A stretch of 64,000 nucleotides of DNA from Octopus vulgaris (Eukaryota). The translations under genes were made by a program, and so were the position numbers. The notes under the pieces were generated by a model, which made no database searches, was not told where the DNA came from, and saw only the letters and a program-made list of their open reading frames with translations. Positions 1 to 13,438 of this stretch are shown piece by piece. Position 1 is the stretch's first letter. Each line of letters begins with the position of its first letter. Location: assembly GCA_951406725.2 (NCBI GenBank), contig OX597814.1:203050001-203114000 (forward strand). The letters are read 5' to 3'.

Positions 1-93
1 CTGGTGCAGCCATCTGGTTTGCCAGCTCTCAGTCAAATTGTCCAACCCATGCTACCATGGAAAGCGGACGTTAAACGATGATGATGATGATGA
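1..93 (+). mobile_element. 3' UTR/tail fragment of an RTE-clade LINE, ending in (GAT)n
   Basis: ccaacccatgctaccatggaaagcggacgttaaacgatgatgatg is the same tail that is joined to RTE ORF2 coding sequence at 60560-61347. Confidence 0.75.
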
Positions 94-94
94 A

Positions 95-505
95 TATTGT
101 ACCTTTACACTTACTTTCCCTTTGTCTTTTCCATCAAATCATTGTCCTTGAGAGCTATCCTTTATTGGACCAAACTGGTGGAAGTCAGACAATGTCAGAT
201 CCAAGTTGTATGGCAGATGGGATATCACTGACCACCTCGATATGTCAGTTGCCTTATTTCTTGCCAAAGATGTGTATATCGTGCATTATCATGGTAAATG
301 TGGATCATTTGCAGACTCTTGTTCTTCCTCCTAATGTCTTCTCTAAACCTTTTTCGTGTCTCAGTATATCGCTCACTTTTTCATGATACAGACATGTTCC
401 AGAAAATCAAAGAGAATGACACCCTTGTCATCTCAAACAACTGTTGTCATAACCTTTTGTGCCAATTGCTGCCTCTCTTAAATTTCTTACACCATTCCAA
501 GACCT
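95..505 (-). mobile_element. Degenerate mariner (DD34D-type) transposase fragment
   Basis: Minus strand reads KVMTTVV*DDKGVILFDFLE, YHDNAR and HLPYNLDLTLSDFHQFGP, matching mariner motifs KVMATVFWD.KGVI, HDNARPH and HPPYSPDLAPSDFHLFGP; contains stops. Confidence 0.75.
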
Positions 506-639
506 GAGCCTTATACATATATAATCTTCATCATCATTTAATGTCCACGGCTTGGATGGGTTGACAGGGTCTGATGAGTACAAGGACTGCATTATATACA
601 TATACATGCGCGCACACACACACACATGTACATATATAA

Positions 640-702
<63 letters not shown>

Positions 703-1000
703 AACATGAACTGAGCGGGAGATATATTTTTATTAGAAATATTATCCTAGCTATTTGAAGCAGATATCTGGACAGAATTAATTTATCTATTTTTCCTTTT
801 CTATTATTGATCAGAAATATATTCATCATGAACAGATTTCCAATTTCCTATCTTTTCTTCTTTTTTCCCCACATTGGTTTCCATTCAGTCATTTCTAACA
901 TGTATAAAGACTATTGAATTGTTCCATTTGTTTGTTTGACAGAGGGGGAGAGAGGTTCTTCTCCCATAATATTGATTTTTCTCTCTGTTTTATTCAACAG

Positions 1001-1063
1001 ATTTGTTTATGAGAACCATGGAGCATTCTAGGACTAAAATCATTTTTCCTGGTTTTCTAACAG
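1001..1063 (+). CDS. Distal N-terminal coding exon of a cadherin-like gene (signal peptide start MEHSRTKIIFPGFLT-G)
   Basis: Acceptor ttttctctctgttttattcaacag| and donor CAG|gtaaga. Only one of three frames is open. ATG at 1018 is in ACCATGG context. The phase-1 end matches the phase-1 start of exon 58073, and the join gives a continuous hydrophobic signal peptide. Confidence 0.65.
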
Positions 1064-1790
1064 GTAAGAAAATGGAAAAACCTTTTAAATTTTTATTGCT
1101 GTATCATTTATAGATTGCTAAAATTATATAATTCCAGCCTTTTGTTTTGTTTTCATTGGTAAATTTAATTCAATTTGGTCAGGTAAAACTGATGAATGGG
1201 CAGCTAATAGTGACCATTACCAATGGCTAATTTTATAATTATATTTTTAGTGATTGATTGTTCTAAATGGAATTTGGAACATTATGAAATTTTTCCTTCA
1301 AATATCTTTTTTTTTTTTGCCATGCATTTTATGAAATACTTTGGTATTTTTAACTGCTTTTTCTCATTTATTTATTACAATTATTAATATTATTATTATT
1401 GGATTCTTTTATGTTTCACTGCAGGCTTTATAAATATTTTCTTTAGTGTCTGTGTTAGTGTGTCTGTATGTCTGCCTGTGTACTATACTCATGTGTGTCT
1501 GTGCACTTAAAAAGAACATTCAAACTGACTGTCTGGCACTAAAAAAAAAACGGGATACAGCACCAAAAAGGTAGCTTCCTTTTATAGAAATTCCATCTTG
1601 CTTCAATCTCATGATACTAAATTTAGCAGTTTTCCCCTGCTTTTATCAACAGCAACACCATCATCATAATTTTTGCCTCCAATCCCCATATTGACATGGA
1701 TCCTTTCATTTTTCAATCCTTCATCCACTCCCTATTATTTTTCATGGAAGAATTAATTCATTAACAATTTTCTTAACCCACAGTTATGCA

Positions 1791-1857
<67 letters not shown>

Positions 1858-1954
1858 GAATATAAGGATAAAAATCACATAATGATTTTTATCAGGTAGT
1901 CAGCATGCTATAAAAATTTACAGGTAATTTATGCATTAAATTAATAATCATATA

Positions 1955-2006
<52 letters not shown>

Positions 2007-2010
<4 letters not shown>

Positions 2011-2060
2011 GAGCATAGGCTCGAAACATGAAAGATTTTCTCACTTTCCTGAGCTTCAAA

Positions 2061-2065
<5 letters not shown>
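2007..2065 (+). mobile_element. Short Penelope-like fragment inside (TA)n with a 5'-truncated hammerhead-like motif
   Basis: tgaa-GAGC-atag-GCTC-GAAA hairpin plus GAAA; flanked on both sides by (TA)n; the CUGA half is missing. Confidence 0.4.
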
Positions 2066-2107
<42 letters not shown>

Positions 2108-3642
2108 CAGAGAGGGGGGAATGGATGCACTCAATACATGACAATTTTACTGTTCAGTTTTTTGGCTCTTATTTTTAGTCATTTTAAACTTCCACATTTG
2201 TGTGACACATATACACACACAATTATATTTGTGTAGTGCACTGTATTGATCATGATGTATAACCAGTGTTTAGAACACTTCGACAGATCCTTATTTGAGG
2301 AGCAAATCAGTTATTATTTCATGTGTCTTACTGCAACCCTTGTCACTGAATTGTTTATGTAAATTCTTTGACTCATCTCAGCATACTTGTTATGTATATT
2401 CATACCATAATATTGTCCAAGGGTCATTATAACTTAGAGCTGTTTTTTTATGTTATGCAATCTCTGATGATTTAATAATGTATCCTATCCATAAGGTATT
2501 TCCTTTCATAATAGATATTATTGTCAATGAAATATGTGTAAGAATGTAGTGAACATACATAAAATATTTATTTTTACACTTGTTTTCTCTCTCTCTCTCT
2601 CTCTCTCTCATTCTCTCTTTCTCCCCAACATACATACACACACACAAGTCAATATTTTTAGCTAGACATTCAATCACTACAAGTTTGATAAGTATGATAG
2701 AATTACACTTCCATAGATGATGTCTTACAATTGCTAATTTAAAAGTTTGTATTAGTTACCAACGAATATTTCTCCCCCTGTTTTCCACTTACATTTGATC
2801 CACTTTAACTTTTCTTTAATGTTCCAGACATCAAAAATACTTTAACCCACTCAACTATCAATTAATTAGTTGTTTACTCCCAAGCAAGTTAACTGGGGTT
2901 GTACCTTGCTAGAAATTTGCCAGCATAGAAATAAATGTTCTTACTTCAATCATACTCCATACAGTTGAAAGTCTACAGAAACACACCTACACACGACATG
3001 AAAATGATCAAAGAATATACATATTGAAATATTGCTGCAACAAGAACTCAAAACATAGGTTATAGCCCAATAGGTTTTTGGTCTTCTAATAATAACTTGA
3101 CTAAAAAAAGAATTCAGATAATGGATAGGAAATTATTTTCAACAAATTTACATTATCAAACTATGGAGTAATATCTAAATATATCTATTAGTAAATTTCA
3201 GATTTCAGAAGCTAAATAAAATATTTTCTTTGTGCTTTCTCAAAGACTATGTTATAAACCTAAACTATTTATTTATTCTATCTTGTTCAGCCATTATGTG
3301 CTTCTTCTCTACTAGATTATTTGATTACATAAGATAACATCTTTATATTACACACCTAGATAACAGGTGTATAAATAATGTATATCAGCATTGTATGATA
3401 AAGATGTAGTTACTATAATTGTTTCTGAAAGGATTTAGCAAGAAATGTATTCTATCTAAAAATATTTCTTTTATAAATTCATTTGATACATATTTTAACA
3501 CTTCCCATTTATCAGCACTGCCACCACCACCACCACCACCTCCTCTTCAACAGTTAGTCTTAAATTTAACAGGTTTGCAAAGCAGTTAATTTCCACTTTT
3601 CTCAACCTTACATCACCACAGTTATAAGGGTGAATGCTTTAA

Positions 3643-3866
3643 CCCTTTAGCATTCAGATTATTTATTCAAATGTAGCCCTTATTGATCCACATCATTTTG
3701 AATTAATCTTGCATGCATTATCTTGTAGATTCGAGATTTCAATGATATGATTGTTTATTTCTAAAATGACATTGTAGGGTAGGTGTGAGAGACTAGATCT
3801 AGCCAGTTTGTACGTAAAAGAGCTAGAATACATGGACTGGATGTGGCTGGTTTAAGTATTAAAGGG
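3643..3866 (+). mobile_element. piggyBac-type MITE family B (TIR CCCTTTAGCATT)
   Basis: ttaa|ccctttagcatt ... agtattaaaggg|tcaa; reverse-complement homolog at 9952-10174. Confidence 0.7.
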
Positions 3867-3949
3867 TCAAAGATCTAACTTTGCTTCTCCTTTTTGTGCC
3901 TTCCTTGCTCTTTGTCTGACAGAGACATCTTTTAAATATCAACTCAAAG

Positions 3950-4290
3950 CTCATTTTTATTCAGCACTTATCATCCTTTTGCAGCGATATATTCATCTCT
4001 TCTGTAAATATATTCTAATGTCTTTAACATCCAGTTCTTTCCTCATTTTACATACGCATGCCCTTTAATGCAAATTAATATTGCACATCTTTCTACTCTT
4101 AACTCAACATCTTTGTAACCAGTTCTGCAGATTTTTTTCATATTCACTGTCCATATCTCATATGTCATCTCATACTGCTTGCCCAAGTTTCATACGGTCT
4201 TCTTTTGGTACAGAGCAAGAAAACACCCCTTTATTACCAACACAGATAGCATATCCATGAACTTCTTCCAACCCTCTTATTACAAAATAT
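3950..4290 (-). mobile_element. Old RTE-like LINE ORF2 fragment
   Basis: Minus strand GWKKFMDMLSVLVIKG resembles RTE 'GW.KFRELLP.L..KG'; homologous to 38880-39010. Confidence 0.5.
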
Positions 4291-4309
4291 ACACCCTACT
4301 TTCACCACA

Positions 4310-5511
4310 GAACGTTCATCACAATATTTTAATATGGGGTAGGACCGCCTTTGGCAGTAATTACAGCTTGAATTCTATGAGATATGGACTCGTACAAAAT
4401 TTGAATTGTAGTGATGGGATTGCTGTTTTTGTAGTAATGATGGTGGAGGATATGAACTCCTTACTTGTTTTTCTAAAATGCATCATAACTGTTCAATAAT
4501 ATTGAGATCTGGGGACTGTGGTGGCCAGATAAGATGTTCCACTTCACTAGAATGTTCCTTGTGCCATTCAGTAACAACTTTAGCTGTGTAAATTGGTGCA
4601 TTATCATCCTGAAAGATTGCATTTCCCTCCAGAAACAGTTCCCCAACCATAGGATGAATTTGATCAGATAAAATGCTTAGATAGTCTTAACTATTAATTC
4701 TGCCATGAAGGGAAACCATTGGGCTGGCAGATTTCCAAGATATAGCCCCCTCCCCCAGATCATCACAAATCCTCTTCCATGTTTAACAGTTGGAAAAAGT
4801 CAGTCTGGGTCAAATGCTGTTAAAAGGGCTGTCTCCACACGTATACTCGGCCAGTGGTCGGAAATAAGGTAAAGGATGACTCTCCCAAGAAAATAACATT
4901 CTTCCACTGCTTTAGGGACCAATTCTGTAGGATTTTACTCCACTCTAAATGCGTTACAATGTTCGTTTTTGAAAGTAGTGGTTTTCTGATTGCATTCCTC
5001 CCATGAAATCTGGCTTTGTGCAGCTCCTGGCGAACAGTTTTTGTGGAAACTGGATTCTCGAGGTGGCCATTAAGCTCTGCAGTAATTTTGGTAGCTGTAC
5101 TTTTGTGATCCTTTCTAACAATTCACGTAAAAGTTTGACAGTCCCTATCTGAAAGTTTTGGTTTTCTTTCTGAGTTTTGTTATGACAAGGAGGTTTTTCC
5201 TTCTTTCTCAAAGGCTGTCATTACTTTCAAGACAGTATTTCTTGATACACCAAACATTTCGGCTGTTTTTCTTACACTAGCGCCTGCCCTACAAGCACCA
5301 ACAATTTGACCTCTTTGAAAGTCCAATAGATCTGTCACTTTAATGAATTTTAATTACTTTTTCTAATGATATCTGAAAAGAAACAGCAATTTTAACAAAA
5401 CATATTAAGTAACACTAATAATAAATAAAAAAACATAAAAATAAACAAGCTTTTGACGGTTTTATAGATATTTCAAAATTACGATGCTTCCATTATTTTG
5501 TCCAACCCCTG
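4310..5511 (-). mobile_element. Tc1-like transposon relic with DD36E spacing; one TIR retained
   Basis: Minus strand DFQRGQIVGA...VSTKTVRQELHK...GESSFTLFPTTGRVYVWR...TVKHG...FQDDNAPIYTAKVVTEWHKEHSSEVEHLIWPPQSPDLNIIE...KGGPTPY*. TA|CAGGGGTTGGACAAAATAATGGAA terminus at 5511. Several stops and frameshifts. Confidence 0.9.
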
Positions 5512-5869
5512 TATATTATTCTGCATTTGTCTTTTATAAACACAAGCATGATCAAAATGTTTTACATAAAGAAAGAGTGTCATGAAGATCTATAAATTTA
5601 TGCTTTTGAAGATATATTGATAAATATTTAAATTAAAGTGAAATGAATGTAGCTGTAGAAGTTACACTTTTATCTTTTATGTGTTCTAGACCAACACTTA
5701 AGGCCATGCTGGGGCAATATGGTTATTCTTTTTTTTTTTTCCAGTTATTAGGTTTAAATGCTTGTCAATATTGTGAAAGCGAACAGATACGCACATTGGC
5801 AAAAGTGAAAGTAGATGTGATAATTACTTAGAGAGACATACAGACAGACAATGTTAGTACCACATAAAA

Positions 5870-6087
5870 AAACACCCATTTCAGTGCCATCTAAAAAGCA
5901 GCCAAACCGGTGTCACATTAGAATAACACCCAATATAGTTTCTAAAGTGGTTGGCATTAGGAAAGGCATCCAGCCATAGAAACCATGCCAAAACAGACAA
6001 TCAGTCTGGGCAACTCTCCAGCTTGCCAGCTTTTGTCAAACTGTCCAACCCATGCCAGCATGGAAAACAGGCATTAAATGATGATGA
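5870..6087 (+). mobile_element. RTE LINE 3' UTR fragment
   Basis: gttggcattaggaaaggcatccagcc...ccaacccatgccagcatggaaaacaggcattaaatgatgatg. Confidence 0.7.
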
Positions 6088-6300
6088 GATATGTATATAT
6101 GAATATGCACACACACACAGAGTAGCTTTATATATATATATAATATATATATATACGCACACGCACTCAATATAGTAGGTACTATTTGTTGGTTTGTCAT
6201 CTCAGTGAAAGCTCCATTTTATACATCATCACCATTTAACGTCCGCTTTCCATGCTAGCATGGGTTGTGTGTGTGTATATATATATATATATATACACAG

Positions 6301-6337
<37 letters not shown>

Positions 6338-6974
6338 GTAATTCTTCAATAGATTTAAATTCAGAAATACATTTGAAAAATTATGAGAAAATAATACTTT
6401 TCTTTCTTTCTTTCTTTCTTTCTTTTTTTTTTTTTTGTAAATAAACTATATATACAACAAAAGAATGCAAACAGGAATTTGTTGGGTTTTTTTATTTTTT
6501 AAATTTCAATGCAGAGAACAGCTTAAAGAATAAGATGTGGTAACAAACAGAATTTTAGAATTCAACAGTTGATTTCCTAATCTAAATATCAGTGTATGTG
6601 GACAACTAGTCTCTTCAGACTTTGGAGTAGTATTTTGTCAACAGTCTCATCTCGGTTTGTTCAAAAGTGGATATTGATTTATCTATATATTTATCTTACA
6701 TATTTTTCCCAAAGGCAGATTTTTGTTGTTTTTCTTTTTTTTTTTTTTTTATCTAGATATTAGACTTGTGTGAATTATCAAACTATTTCTTGGCATAAAT
6801 AATTTAAAAGATGGAGAATGTTCCAAGACTGAAATTTTAAATTATATAATCATTCTTCATTTTTTGTTTGTTTGTTTGTTTGTTTTCTGTTTCTTTTTCT
6901 CGAAAAAAAAAATCCCTTGAGATTTTTTCTTTTAATCATATGTGCATGTATGTACGTCTATATGTGTGTGTTTA

Positions 6975-6975
6975 T

Positions 6976-7017
<42 letters not shown>

Positions 7018-7290
7018 TTATGTGTACATATATATATGTGTGTGTGTTTATGTGTACATATATATATGTGTGTGTGTTTATGTGTACATATATATATGTG
7101 TGTGTGTTTATGTGTACATATATATATGTGTGTGTGTTTATGTGTACATATATATATGTGTGTGTGTTTATGTGTACATATATATATGTGTGTGTGTTTA
7201 TGTGTACATATATATATGTGTGTGTGTGTGTGTTTATGTGTACATATATATATGTGTGTGTGTGTGTGTTTATGTGTACATATATATGTG
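6975..7290. repeat. 30-bp minisatellite (tgtgtacatatatatatgtgtgtgtgttta)n, about 9 units
   Basis: Exact 30-bp periodicity at 7021-7200; the last units have expanded TG runs. Confidence 0.95.
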
Positions 7291-9357
7291 TGTGTGCATA
7301 TGTGTCCGTATGTGTATGTAATAATGTACAGATTTAGTTCAGACAAAGTGGCTCAAAAATAAAGTCCATCTCCATATTTGAAATGCAATCTCTACAACAT
7401 TATTACTTGGAGACTGGCTAATATTGTTCTTATCGTATTTCACGATATAAGTTCAACTTTATTTCTGAGTGTCTCTTCACTTTAGCTGCTGTGTCTTTTC
7501 TCCATCATGGTATATATTATTGCTCTCAATTCGGTATATCTTTTTTCTCTTTTATTGAATTTTCTTACTAAGTTACTTTGCATGAATAAGTATTATTGCT
7601 GTAAATGCACAATATTTCTGCACATGGGTTACTCTATCATCATCATCATTTTTTATAATCATAATAACAATAATAATAATAATGAGCCTATTTTACGCAG
7701 TGCTCTGGTGTGCTAACAATAAAAATACTTGTGTATTGTATTTATACATATGTACATATATATACATATGTGTGTGTGTGTGTGTATTGTTATATTTTCC
7801 CTGATGATTGAGAAATGTCATATAACATTTGTCTGGAAAGAAATGCACTAATTAACCATCAAAGTAATTAAGGACCCTGTATTACGTAGGCTGAGGGCTA
7901 TATGCAAAAGCTCTCAAATTAATTTGGTTATGGAGCCCATTCATCATCATCATCATGTTCTCTGTTCATATTTCTTCTGGACTCAATAAAATAAAGTACT
8001 AATCAAGAACTGTGTACTTTTGTTGACCTATACCAACCCTTGAGACTTGTGTCTAATTGTGTCTAATTTGTAACTTGTGTCTAATTTAAACAACAATAAT
8101 GATGATGATGGTAATAATAATAACAATAATAATAATGATTCATTTTCCTAAAATCAGATATTGCGTAGTTAATTTGTATCAGAATAAATATAAAATTTTT
8201 ATTTTAATTGAAAATTAAAATAAAACATTTTTCTTAATTGAAACTTTTTTTTTTCCACAGAAAAGCTTTTAAAGTTTTGTGTCTTTAATAACTAAACAAT
8301 TATCACATGCAAAAATTATTCCCAAACATAAAAGTTAGATGCTTGAACTCAATAAAGATTAAAGAAGATATTTTAATTTAGCAGTAATCTTTTGAATTAC
8401 TAAATAAATGTTTTGATAGAGAAGACAAAAGAAAAGAACCATAATTAGTTTTTTTAAAATAAAATAGAAAATCTTTAACAGTAATTTTTGAGAACAAATG
8501 TCACATGAACTATTCTGAACAGAAAAAAAAAGAACAGCTTGTAATTAATCTGGAAATAATTGCTATTGACCTCTAAATGATTAAAAGTTGTGTGAATAGC
8601 TTCATTTCACTACAGACTATATTATACAATATTAGACATGCTGCTTCTACTTGTAAATGCTAGTAGGCAAAATGAATTAGTTTTTGTTAGATTTTTTTTT
8701 TTACTTTTTTTCTTGCTTCTAGCCAAAGATCTTATTAAAAACCAATTTTAGCGAATAAATATCATAAAGTCTATCATAAACACCCGCCTCTAAATAAACT
8801 TTTAAAGGATAAAAAGCCAATTTTGTGCAAATGGCAACCAACCAGCCAATATGTAAAAGAACTTTTGTGGCAAGTTTATCTCATCTAACGGAACCAGTGC
8901 AGTTTTTTTCTTCTTGTATTCACTTTCTCGGTCCTTGAACAAACAAATACATCATAGAATAGTAGAGACTGATTTAATTGAATGGGATATAAAGCAGCCA
9001 CACAATAAAATGCACCCAGTACACTCTGCAAAGTGTTTGGTTATAGGAAGAATTTCCAGCCATAGAAACCAAGTTGAAAATAAGATAAAATTAATATATG
9101 GTTTTGAAACAGCCTTAAATTAAAATACAGCTAGCGCTGTTCTATGTTTGTATGCATAATATAAATGTGTATACACATTGGTATACGAAAATACAATCTG
9201 TGTGCAAGCCATGTTCCTCTGACCCATCTAAGAGGGCAGTAATCCTAAACAAGGACTGGCTTGGTGTGTAACAACTGGTCCAACTCATGCCAGCATTGAT
9301 AGCAGACATCAACTGATGATAGGGAAAACAAATAAGAACCAGTGAGATATCCTAAGT

Positions 9358-9651
9358 CAGTGGTTCTCAACCAGGCTCCATGTAAGATTTTTTGGGGATG
9401 GAGGGGTTCACATAACGAAATAGTAAATTGGAAATCCACAATAGTATTTTAAGGACCCCTGAAAATTTGCAAGAAACAGCTAAGTTTTCTTTTTTATCAA
9501 CTTTTTACATAGTTCACATTAGAGAAGAAGTTAATGTGTGAAAAACAAAATAGGAACTTTGAAAGAAGTTTCAGTCGAATGGCTATGAGGGTCCACTACA
9601 ATAAAATAGTAATCAAAGGGTCCATTGGTAAAAAACGGTTGAGAACCCCTG
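9358..9651 (+). mobile_element. hAT (Charlie-like) MITE
   Basis: TIRs cagtggttctcaacc / ggttgagaacccctg; degenerate 8-bp TSD tcctaagt/ctttaagt; related to 47354-47608. Confidence 0.75.
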
Positions 9652-9951
9652 CTTTAAGTAATCGCTCAGTCTGCTTGAAATAACAGCCTTCACTTCATTA
9701 CATTGTGCCCTAATGTCCTAGGGAAACAGAAGATGACTGAGAACTGAAAAGTGGAGCAGACAATTTGTCAGGTTTCACAAATTTTTGTTTTAAACTACTT
9801 AAATTTATCTACGGGGGAAAAAAAAAATTGAATTATTTGAATGTAAATTCAATTATTTCTTTATTAATTAGTGTCTGGAGGTCAAAAGATTTCACTAATT
9901 TTATTTTTTGAGCAGGTTCTAGTTCCTTCAGTTTGAGAATTTCTGATATAA

Positions 9952-10174
9952 CTCTTTAGCATTTAAACTGGCCATATCCAGCCCAAATACCCTACCTGTT
10001 TTATACTCAAGCCAGCCAGATTTATCCTCTCACACCTACCCTACAATGTCATTCTAAAAATATATTATAATCACGTCATCAAAATTTTGAAACTATCAGA
10101 TAATGTACGATTAATTCAAAACAATGTGAAGAAACAAACATTACATTTGACAGAATAATTTGAATGCTAAAGGG
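9952..10174 (-). mobile_element. piggyBac-type MITE family B
   Basis: ctctttagcattt ... aatgctaaaggg|ttaa; reverse complement of 3643-3866. Confidence 0.7.
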
Positions 10175-10524
10175 TTAAAGGGCTTATAATGAGGCCCCAA
10201 ATGTATTTAATAATACATACTATAACAAAAAATAATCCAAGCATATCAATTATATTTCACTCCCTCTGTGTGTGCGTGTGTGTGTGTATAGTCAATTCAA
10301 ATAAATACATAAGAACAGACAATGTGAAGACATGTATAAGATATGTATTAGCTTGACACTCAGTGAAAGGAGAGAGTTTGACTTATCAAGCCTGCTCTTC
10401 ATCAGAAAGGAGAAAGGGGAACAGTCAAAAGAAGGAAAAGAAATCGCCAATGGCAGCTGTGTAGTTACATTGCTGAAGTGTGTGTGTACATGTGTGTGTG
10501 TGTATTTACACTCACACAAACATG

Positions 10525-10690
10525 AATATGCCATGGGCTTTCTTTGAATTTCTGTCCCAAACCCACTCACAAGGCTTTGATTGGCATAGGACCATAAAAA
10601 AAAGACACTTGCCCAAGGTGCCACACAGTGGGACTGAACCTGAAATTGTAGTTAGGAAGCAAACTTCTTTGCCACCCAGCTATGCTTTCT
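10525..10690 (-). mobile_element. tRNA-derived SINE family 1 (CORE-like domain), 5' part
   Basis: agacacttgcccaaggtgccacacagtgggactgaacc is the reverse of B-box ggttcagtccc plus the ggcaccttgggcaagtg core seen in many copies. Confidence 0.75.
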
Positions 10691-11309
10691 CCTGATTATA
10701 AATAATAACAATCATTGGAGTTAAGTCAATTAGTTTGTTAACTTACACCAAATGTTTTACATTCGACTAAATCTCTATTTTTAATTAGAACTTTAATTTT
10801 ATTAACTTTTTCATCTTTTGTATTTATATTTTAACTCTGCTCATTTCACTACAACCATTTTGTATTCATACAGCATGTTTATTAATATCATTCGTTAATT
10901 GTTCTGCAAAATGGTTTTAATTAAATAACGAAGTCTTCAAAACTATCAGTCTGATTTAAATTGATTTATTTTACCATGCTACAGTTTTATGTTCTGTTTG
11001 TTTTATTCATTTCAAAATTCAATAAATATTGGTATTAGTAGCAGCTTAGTTTTCTTCAAGGAAGTGATTATTAATTTAAATTTTTCTAATATATTTTATT
11101 CGTTGGATGAAATGGTTGGCACCTCCAACTTTGAATATTTCATGTTAGGGGGGGAAAAAAAAAGTTTACAGTCAAAGAACATCCCAGAGGGAATTGACAG
11201 ATGTTTTTGCTAAGAATCCAGCACAGTTAAATTCAAAGACTAAATATTTTAAAGTGAAACAGTGTAAAGAATTGTGTGTGTGAATGTATATTGCTATAAG
11301 GTAGAACCA

Positions 11310-11525
11310 AGGCAGCGAGTTAGCGGAATTGTTAACGTGACAGACAAAATGTTTAGTGGAATTTCATCTGGGTTTACATTCTGAGTTCAAATTCCACAAA
11401 GGTCGACTTTGCCTTTCATCCTTTTGGGATTGATAAAATAAGGACCAGTTGAACACTGGGATCGATTTAATAAACTTACCCCCTCCCCAAAAAAACTGCT
11501 GGCCTTGTGCTTAAATTTGAAACTA
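11310..11525 (+). mobile_element. tRNA-derived SINE family 2 (Meta-domain-like)
   Basis: ttctgagttcaaattcc..aggtcgactttgcctttcatcc..gataaaataag.accag; repeated more than 10 times in the window. Confidence 0.75.
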
Positions 11526-12192
11526 CTACGAGGTAAAACAGGTATGAGCATCCAACTGTGAAAAACCTGCCTCAATGAATTTTATCTGAACCATGAAAAT
11601 ATGGAAAGAGGTTAAAGTGATGATGATGATGGTGATGATACTTTGATAAATTTATCTGTCCCTCACAAGTGAGTGTAATTTCACAAGTCATTTTAGGTGC
11701 CTGTACTGTTGCAACTCAACCCTTTGGATCCTTCCACCTTTGATTCAGCAGAAAATTGAATCTGTGAGTGGAGGGAGAAAGAGCTGCACCGGCAATAAAT
11801 TGATGCTCATTTCTGTGGAGTAGATTGGCACAAAAGTGAAAAACAAGTGCCTTGCTCAAGGTCACAATTCATTGCTCAGTCCAAGATGAGTCGAACACTT
11901 GCCACTGAGCCATCATGTGGTAAAATAGCTTTTATCATTATAAACTTTAAAATTTCCTATCTTGTAGACTTGTGATGAATCAAAGAAGAGAATTACCCAG
12001 CAGTCAAGTTATCTGAATTATCTAAATTTAATCTAATTTCAAATATTCTGCAAAACATATCAGACCATGGGAAGATATTACTTGCTTGGAAATTAGTGAG
12101 AGTTGGTGACAGGAAGTCTGCACATACATCCATCCATCCATCCAAGCCATGTAAGCATGAAAATGTGAATGTTAAAATGTTGAAGATATATG

Positions 12193-12226
<34 letters not shown>

Positions 12227-12499
12227 CATGTATGTACACAGAGACCATGAGCTTCTTCTCAGTTTCTGCCCTCCATATTCACTCAGAAGGCTTCAGTTTG
12301 CCTGTTTCTATAGTAGAAGACATCTACCCATGATATGCAGTGGAACTGTATCTCAAACCACTCAGTCTCACATTACATTCCATATAAAATTAACTTGGCA
12401 ACATATTGACAAAACAGAAGGTTGAATGCCATTATGTTGAAATACAAACTGTATAATTTTGTTATTATTATTATCATTTCATTTACACACAACACAAAC

Positions 12500-12840
12500 T
12501 GTTGGAGAAAATACCTAACATTGGGCTATAACAAATAACATTAGATGCCAAGAACCTTCCTAAATATCCTAACTGTCCTTAATATTGTTTTCTGGAGCTG
12601 CACTAAACTAGGTTTTAAGTCTATTTCATTTATCCATCTGTTCAAATCTTTAGGATAGTTCCTAATACATTTATAACTACAGAGATACATTTTACCTACA
12701 CTTTCCATAGCTTCTATAACTCAATGGCTAGATCCTTCGCTATTTTCTCTATACTTCTCATATTTACTTTCTCACCATTTGGGACTGAAGTCAATTTCCT
12801 GACACTTTCTATTCTCTTTGTCTCTAGACAAAGAGAATTA
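12500..12840 (-). mobile_element. Degenerate R4/Dong-like LINE 3' fragment
   Basis: Minus strand QLQKTILRTVRIFRKVLGI*, homologous to the C-terminus at about 13535-13590; bounded by (TTA)n. Confidence 0.55.
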
Positions 12841-12884
12841 CTTATTATTATTATTATTACTATTATTATTATTATTATTATTAT

Positions 12885-13397
12885 TGAGTGAGAGAGCAGT
12901 TCATGCCATCAAAGTGACACTGGGGTAAAATATACAAAGCCCAGTATACCCATCATGACCACCCATCTGATAAGGGTACACAAGGCACATGCATCACAAC
13001 CATATGTGTGTGACATGGTGATCTTATATCAAGATAAACAGCACATGACCTTGCAGGTGGGGCCCAGTTAGAATTTTCTTCTGGTTGAGTAACCCATCCC
13101 GCTCAGAAGGTCCCTGAATAAGGGTTGTTTAAGGATGTTGAACGAAACACCCATGTTTCCAGAGGTGAATTATTCAAACCCCAAAGAATCCCTCTCAACA
13201 CATGACTATGATGTTCCCCCACTACTTCTGCTTGTGATCAGAGATGCCACTAAGGGACATGCTCAACAGGTTAAGGTCAAATGACTGACAAGCAAATCTG
13301 TGGTACTGAGCAGAATATTTGCTGTAGCCCATCTTTTATACCAAGACAAAACAATGTACATGATAACACTTCCATGCCTGGTACTGCATCAGGGCGC

Positions 13398-13398
<1 letters not shown>
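12885..13398. mobile_element. Unclassified ~510-bp element flanked on both sides by (TTA)n arrays
   Basis: Sharp switch to higher-GC unique sequence between (TTA)n at 12842-12884 and 13399-13437; no recognisable protein. Confidence 0.45.

Positions 13399-13437
<39 letters not shown>

Positions 13438-13438
<1 letters not shown>

Noticed and set aside
3520-3572. A third ...LT-G|gt candidate exon (PPPPLQQLVLNLT-G)
   Set aside because: No nearby in-frame ATG or good acceptor; built on a (CCA)n microsatellite with a weak donor
6975-7290. CRISPR-like regular repeats (also 50095-50235 and 60720-60960)
   Set aside because: No unique spacers, no cas genes, eukaryotic context; these are minisatellites or RTE UTR repeats
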